Part shown: positions 48,250 to 53,256 of the stretch, in pieces
How positions within the stretch are numbered: position 1 is the first letter of the stretch
Layout of the letters: the number at the start of each line of letters is the position of its first letter
Assembly (NCBI GenBank): GCA_964396365.1
Contig: CAYNEZ010000001.1
Coordinates: forward strand, 1 to 53,256
DNA from: an uncultured Sangeribacter sp.
GTDB lineage: Bacteria; Bacteroidota; Bacteroidia; Bacteroidales; Muribaculaceae
Direction of reading: 5' to 3'
Length of the DNA: 53,256 bases
Notes under the pieces: generated by a model
What the model was told of the DNA's origin: nothing
Database searches by the model: none
The model's input: the letters and a program-made list of their open reading frames with translations, nothing else
Position numbers and translations under genes: made by a program

Positions 48250-50310
48250 TTATAGACGATTGAATATACCGGAATCCTTGTCAGTATTGGTAATCTTTTG
48301 TTTAGGCTCTTTTGATTGTTTGCCGAATGGCATGTTATAGATGAAGTTTACATACACCATATTGGCATTGTTCTTGATTCTCTCAATGCTGGATGTGGAA
48401 ATAACATCTGTTCCAAATGTTTTCTGTGTCTGTTTCCAAGAGTCATAGAACGGATAGCGTATGCCTATACCGACAGTCATAGTCTTTATCGGTCGGTATG
48501 AAACCTCAACTTTTGCCATGCTGGGGCGCGTTGTGAGCATCTGTCCTGATAGCATTTCAGTTTCTGTCTGATAGAATATCTCTGCCGACCATTTTTTATA
48601 GTTGAGATATACCGAAGGTGCTATTGTATAGCCGGTATGATTCCATTCCTGACCCATATAGCTGTTTCGGGTGTACATTACTTCCGAATACAATCGCAGG
48701 CGTAGGAGGTTGTTTGCTAATGGCAACCATTGCATGAACAGGCTTGCCTTGTAATATTGCATCCATTTAAGATTGCCGATCGTCTCATTTATTGTTCCAT
48801 CTGAGACGTTGAAAACCGGGGCTATCTGACCATTTCCATATGTATAAGACACTTCCGGATTGATTATAAACTTTTTGAAGCCTTTGAAATAAGAAAGACT
48901 TATGGCATGTGTGTTTTGTGGTTTCAGATTTGGATTACCCGCATACAGATAATCAATATCTTTATAATATGGATTAAATGTCAGTTGGGATATGGTGGGG
49001 TTAAGTGTATTGACCTCATAGTTCAATGTCAGTTCCGATGAGTCGTCAATGAAATATGTCATGTCGAGTTGCGGACGGAAATAGTAGTAATCATGGCTCT
49101 TGCCATTCAGATCTTTGAAATAGTTGCCGTTCAGTCCGAGGCTCAAAGAATAATTCCAATTTTGTCCAAGCATACCGTTCAATCCGGCGTATGTATAAAA
49201 CTCGTTTGTAGTGGTCGAAGCATCCGAATATTTCTGTGAAGCAGTATTGTATGCATATCTTACACCCACAAGAAACTTCGTTATAGGTCTGATTGTAAAG
49301 CCATACCATCCTTCTCCTATGATAGAATACTTATCTGTCTCGATGTCAGTTTTTGTGGAGAATCCATCATCAATTGCGCTTTCGGCATAATCGTAATTGT
49401 ATGATGAATTATAGTATGTGCCAACGGCATTGAATGTCAACTCATGACGGCCAAACACTTTATTGAAATATAAATCAAGCGAGGGATTAAGATATTTGTC
49501 CTTATCGTGGCTTGACGCAATGCCTTCAACATTCGCTCCCAAATGGCTCATAACCAAATCCTGTACAGATGAACGTCTGCGGTTCAAAGCACCGAGAGAG
49601 AGCTTGGCATTGAACACATAATCATCCATCTTCACATTGGAGTATGATAGTTCCGCCATGTGCTGCTCATAAGCATACGGACTCTTGCGTCCTGCTCTCG
49701 TTTTGGAATAGATGCCATCTTCCAATGGATAGGAAATCTCTTCATCCAGACGGCGGTCATTATAATTGCGGTAGTTGATATTATACATGACACCCAAAGT
49801 AGAGCGTCCCCAATTATATTTCAGACTTGCCACATCGTTTCCGAATCCGGTAGTAACAGCATTGAGCGTATTCAGCATCATAGAACCGCCGGTCTGTTTC
49901 TTAGTGACCACGTTAATCACTGCTCCCAATCCCATATTTGAATACTGGATTGGAGGTTGTGAATAATACTGTATCTTTGAGATGTTGTCGCTTGGAATGG
50001 AGGCAAGGTCAACTGATGACGAGGGAACGCCGTTAATCAGTATCTTCACTCCTTTGCCATCGCTGGAACTGACAGTCAAGTCGGAAACCAAAATCTTGGG
50101 CAAAGTCTGTATTGCCTGAATAGCCGTAGGGAATTGCTGCTTTTCAGAATGAGATAGGATATAATCCTTATGGTCGGAGAAACGATTAACCATTTCAGCA
50201 GTGACCACCACTTCAACAAGTGTGGAGGATAAGGAATCTGTCTTGACTTCCTGCTGAGCGTGTGCCAATAAGGGCAATAATAATGCGAGGGTGAAAAGTA
50301 CCTTTTTCAT
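48250..50310 (-). CDS. TonB-dependent-like outer-membrane beta-barrel protein
   Basis: Signal peptide from ATG 50310; EVVV, ILING and VINVV plug motifs; C-terminal DSGI. Confidence 0.85.
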   Translation of the reverse strand: MKKVLFTLALLLPLLAHAQQEVKTDSLSSTLVEVVVTAEMVNRFSDHKDYILSHSEKQQFPTAIQAIQTLPKILVSDLTVSSSDGKGVKILINGVPSSSVDLASIPSDNISKIQYYSQPPIQYSNMGLGAVINVVTKKQTGGSMMLNTLNAVTTGFGNDVASLKYNWGRSTLGVMYNINYRNYNDRRLDEEISYPLEDGIYSKTRAGRKSPYAYEQHMAELSYSNVKMDDYVFNAKLSLGALNRRRSSVQDLVMSHLGANVEGIASSHDKDKYLNPSLDLYFNKVFGRHELTFNAVGTYYNSSYNYDYAESAIDDGFSTKTDIETDKYSIIGEGWYGFTIRPITKFLVGVRYAYNTASQKYSDASTTTNEFYTYAGLNGMLGQNWNYSLSLGLNGNYFKDLNGKSHDYYYFRPQLDMTYFIDDSSELTLNYEVNTLNPTISQLTFNPYYKDIDYLYAGNPNLKPQNTHAISLSYFKGFKKFIINPEVSYTYGNGQIAPVFNVSDGTINETIGNLKWMQYYKASLFMQWLPLANNLLRLRLYSEVMYTRNSYMGQEWNHTGYTIAPSVYLNYKKWSAEIFYQTETEMLSGQMLTTRPSMAKVEVSYRPIKTMTVGIGIRYPFYDSWKQTQKTFGTDVISTSSIERIKNNANMVYVNFIYNMPFGKQSKEPKQKITNTDKDSGIFNRL

Positions 50311-50364
50311 GCTTTTGCGAATTTTCTTGCAAAGCAAGTGAAAAATCCGCAATCAAGCCCTAAA

Positions 50365-50397
50365 ATTTGTCTGACATTTGTCTGACATTTTCTGACA
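50365..50397. promoter_or_regulatory. Three tandem TCTGACA repeats, 10-11 bp period
   Basis: ATTTGTCTGAC ATTTGTCTGAC ATTTTCTGACA upstream of the beta-barrel gene. Confidence 0.6.
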
Positions 50398-50554
50398 ATG
50401 CAGTATTTCAATTACTTATACATAGAAGATATGACTCTCCAAGATTATTTTCTGATTATCTGACCAGAATCACAGTGCATGGATCGATGTGAAAATTTTG
50501 TTATCTTTGGAGCTGATTCAGCCAGCTGGAACGAACGCAACTCCTTCTGCAACT

Positions 50555-50830
50555 ATGGCAGTCCAAAATATCCTATAAAGTCTATTTCATATTTATTGTT
50601 TAAAACCAGTCCACATCCTATACCCCATGATATGTTGAAATCGTAGAGACATCATTGGACTTCAATATTTTCCAATTGCCCGGCATGTTTAGATTCAATT
50701 GGGGCATGATGGCCCATGAGATTCGGTGATATGTAGACATCGCATCGGGCTCATCAGCTTTCATCAAGGAAGAAGAACCCACGAGTATAGCTATCAAAAG
50801 GAGGCGAAAATAATTAGTAATAGATATCAT
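50555..50830 (-). pseudogene. Remnant of an outer-membrane beta-barrel gene
   Basis: 70-aa signal-peptide ORF stops early; a shifted frame continues GIGCGLVLNNKYEIDFIGYFGL, which is barrel-like. Confidence 0.5.
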
Positions 50831-50921
50831 AATAAATTTGCCACGTTGTCGCTTAATTTACTTTTCGATTGACAGTATATATCTTATTCTCTGAAGTAGA
50901 CGGCTAAAAGTATAAGTAAAC

Positions 50922-51593
50922 TTAGCGATAGTCAGTTTCTAAATAATCATATGTTTTTTTTATTTCAATAGACTTCATATTTTTCGGAAGATTGATGCCG
51001 GTTTGAGCGGCTGTAAACTCATATTGTCCGGAGTCATCCTGAGCTCTTAATATAAGGCCCGGGAGTCCGTTTAGCTTCCATGGACCATCCGAAATCGGCA
51101 ATTCTGGTGTAAATAAGATAGTCCAATGACGACCATGGTAATTGCATTCAGCCATAAGGCATTCGTAGTCAAGAATCGTTTCTGTCGAATCCTTCACTTC
51201 CCAGATAATTTCTCCAAATGGTTCATTGTAGTAATAACGATCTTCTCCTGCTACCGTATCATATACCGTCATTACATTGTTATTTCTATCTTTCTCAACA
51301 TACATCTTTTCCCATCTCGTTGGGGGTATTTCGTCCTTACTCCATATCCGGCTATTGATATAAGCATCAAAAGCCGCCTTCTTCTCAGGCGTGTTGTACG
51401 CAGAATCAATCCTGTTTGTGTCGGGATTATAGAATTTTGACTGAGTTGTTGAGGATGTCAGAATCATAGGGCGATGAGTCTCAACGCCTCTGACTGTATA
51501 GAAATGGTAGTCATATTCTACCTTTACAGCTTGTTGTGCGTATAGGCAAACATAAGAAAAGAGGAAACAGGTTATAACAAATATTTTTTTCAT
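50922..51593 (-). CDS. GLPGLI family protein
   Basis: DGPWKLNGLPGLIL motif, signal peptide, C-terminal LETDY. Confidence 0.92.
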   Translation of the reverse strand: MKKIFVITCFLFSYVCLYAQQAVKVEYDYHFYTVRGVETHRPMILTSSTTQSKFYNPDTNRIDSAYNTPEKKAAFDAYINSRIWSKDEIPPTRWEKMYVEKDRNNNVMTVYDTVAGEDRYYYNEPFGEIIWEVKDSTETILDYECLMAECNYHGRHWTILFTPELPISDGPWKLNGLPGLILRAQDDSGQYEFTAAQTGINLPKNMKSIEIKKTYDYLETDYR

Positions 51594-51867
51594 ATGAATA
51601 AAACTTGTCTTCTACATATATTAGAATAATACTGATTTATAGATTGACATTGATAGTCATTTATTATCGTAAAGAGATTGTAATAGCAGTTTCAGTGTAT
51701 CGTCCGCTACGTTCGAGTGAGGTTCTATCATGTTCTTTCGGATCCTACGATTATTTTAGGGTTGATTTCTTTGAGTTGGGCGATGAATCTATCATAAATT
51801 ATTTTACTCATTTCATTTTTTGAATTATAAAGTCCATGATATTCAGCACTCCAAATTACTCAAACAC

Positions 51868-52236
51868 TTACTTTAACATTTGTTTAATGCTTCTGATTCC
51901 GTCCCAAAGTATTAACCCAGCCCAAATGATTGCCACTATCAGACCAGTAGTTACATACAACCAATAAAGAAACAATAGTCGGCTGATGGATTCGATGATT
52001 AAACGAGGTTTTATTGGCATTTCCCTTACCTCTTTCTTAGAAAAGAACATTACGGTTGCCCACGCCAACAAACTGAATAAGACGAGTGCTCCAATAATGA
52101 TTGAAATAATAGCAATGAGGTTCCATTTGCCATAATATTCATTTGAAAGATTCATTGATATCAAACAACAGATTATCATAAGCATTGAGACCTCGCTTAC
52201 AGTGCTGTTAAATATATTTCTTATCTGATTTTTCAT
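51868..52236 (-). CDS. Hypothetical membrane protein
   Basis: ATG with A-rich leader; about four hydrophobic segments. Confidence 0.65.
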   Translation of the reverse strand: MKNQIRNIFNSTVSEVSMLMIICCLISMNLSNEYYGKWNLIAIISIIIGALVLFSLLAWATVMFFSKKEVREMPIKPRLIIESISRLLFLYWLYVTTGLIVAIIWAGLILWDGIRSIKQMLK

Positions 52237-52275
52237 TTTTGTTTGAATGATTCGAATGATACGAATTAAGTTATT

Positions 52276-52436
52276 TGGTTCTTCTCAAATTTAGTTGAAA
52301 ATTATTTTCAGTAGAGAGACCTCGAAAAAGTTAGGAGAAGGACGCGCGGGGACGCGCCCGGAGGTCGCTAACTACTTTGGATATGTACTGAATAGTCGGA
52401 TATGAGAGATTCTTCAACTAAATTTGAGAAGAACTA
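52276..52436. mobile_element. MITE-like palindromic element, family B (~160 bp)
   Basis: Perfect 22-bp inverted repeats GTTCTTCTCAAATTTAGTTGAA (52278-52299 / 52413-52434), inner stems, GC-rich core. Confidence 0.75.
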
Positions 52437-52437
52437 G

Positions 52438-52821
52438 TTATTTCGAGATAAAGAGTTCCCTTTCCAGAGCTTGAAGGTCTTCGGGATGAAGGCGATACTT
52501 TTTCCCTGTTTTTGTTAAGATGTTCAAAGTATTGTATAATTCAGTTTTTGTTTCTATTCTGACTATATCGGTCAATTTGACCTTGACTCTTTCGGGATTA
52601 TTCTCCTTTGTGAAACTTATTATTCCGTTCTTGACAAGCATGCTCCTTGGAATCATAAAAATCACGAACAATATAACAGCGACACACGAACTCGGGATCA
52701 TTATATCTCATATAACTGCGAAGTCTCTGAAATATAATACAATCATAATGCCAACAAAAAAGCCTTTGATCGCTTTGAGTGCCTTCACTGCAATGTAGCT
52801 GAGAGCCGGAAAGAGTGGTGT
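52438..52821 (-). pseudogene. Membrane/PH-like protein gene with in-frame TGA
   Basis: The frame of the 87-aa ORF continues upstream (GFFVGIMIVLYFRDFAVI*DIMIP) through a TGA at 52708-52710. Confidence 0.55.
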
Positions 52822-52828
52822 TTAAGTT

Positions 52829-53254
52829 TTATTTCTGAGTGACTCCGTGCATATTCACCAGAATACGGTTTTTACCGTCATAAAGCGTACGCATGAAATC
52901 ATTGAATTCTTCAAGAGTTAGATTCTCGATAGCCTCACGATGTTTTGTGATAAGGTCAATACCGAGCATTTTATATAGTCGTATGTTGTTATGCCAGTAA
53001 GAGTTGGTGCGGATAGCGTTTTCATACTGCGACAGCATCGCATTTTTCATACGGTTGAATTGCTCAGGTGTTGCTCCATCTTTCAACAGATTGACAAACA
53101 ATTCATCGGCGAGATGCAACATCTGTGCTGACTGTTCGCTATTGGTCTGGAGGAAGTAAACAAGATTCCATCTGCCCGTACTTATATTATATGTTGAACC
53201 AACCTGAGGACTATATACGCCGCCCTCTTTCTCACGAAGAATATCATGGTAAAG
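52829..53254 (-). CDS. M16 family zinc protease (PqqL-like), C-terminal part; 5' end outside window
   Basis: Open frame to the window edge containing ILREKEGGVYSP; NSYW motif. Confidence 0.9.
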   Translation of the reverse strand, partial: LYHDILREKEGGVYSPQVGSTYNISTGRWNLVYFLQTNSEQSAQMLHLADELFVNLLKDGATPEQFNRMKNAMLSQYENAIRTNSYWHNNIRLYKMLGIDLITKHREAIENLTLEEFNDFMRTLYDGKNRILVNMHGVTQK

Positions 53255-53256
53255 TA

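Noticed and set aside
52708-52710. Recoded TGA (selenocysteine or alternative genetic code)
   Set aside because: TGA is a normal stop in several genes here (for example nadC), and the gene also lacks a clear 5' end, so a nonsense mutation is simpler.
50430-52828. Integron-like cassette array
   Set aside because: Only one palindromic element, no repeated attC-like sites and no integrase in the window.

Overview
Chromosomal window from a Bacteroidales gut bacterium. The gene style resembles Muribaculaceae (inference), with TAnnTTTG -7 promoters throughout. Contents: stand-alone CAZymes without SusC/D (GH27, a triple-domain CE12 esterase, GH115, two GH43, GH20); housekeeping genes (rlmH, nadC, YraN, tRNA m6A37 methyltransferase, hrpB, lipA); a FadL-type porin locus; a ThrE exporter pair; a three-gene type V pilus cluster; a sigma54-controlled TolC/adaptor/ABC efflux operon with an adjacent NtrC-type two-component system; an SGNH-MBOAT-DHHW O-acylation operon; and a decaying gene region at the right end. 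The most unusual item is an ORF-free, GC-rich, heavily base-paired tract of more than 500 nt at the left edge (1-~525). It looks like the 3' part of an unrecognised large structured RNA and has an opposing promoter. Two MITE families (one with an ERIC-like core), REP-like doublets and heptamer tandem repeats are also present. I found no CRISPR array, tRNA, rRNA, transposase or reverse transcriptase.
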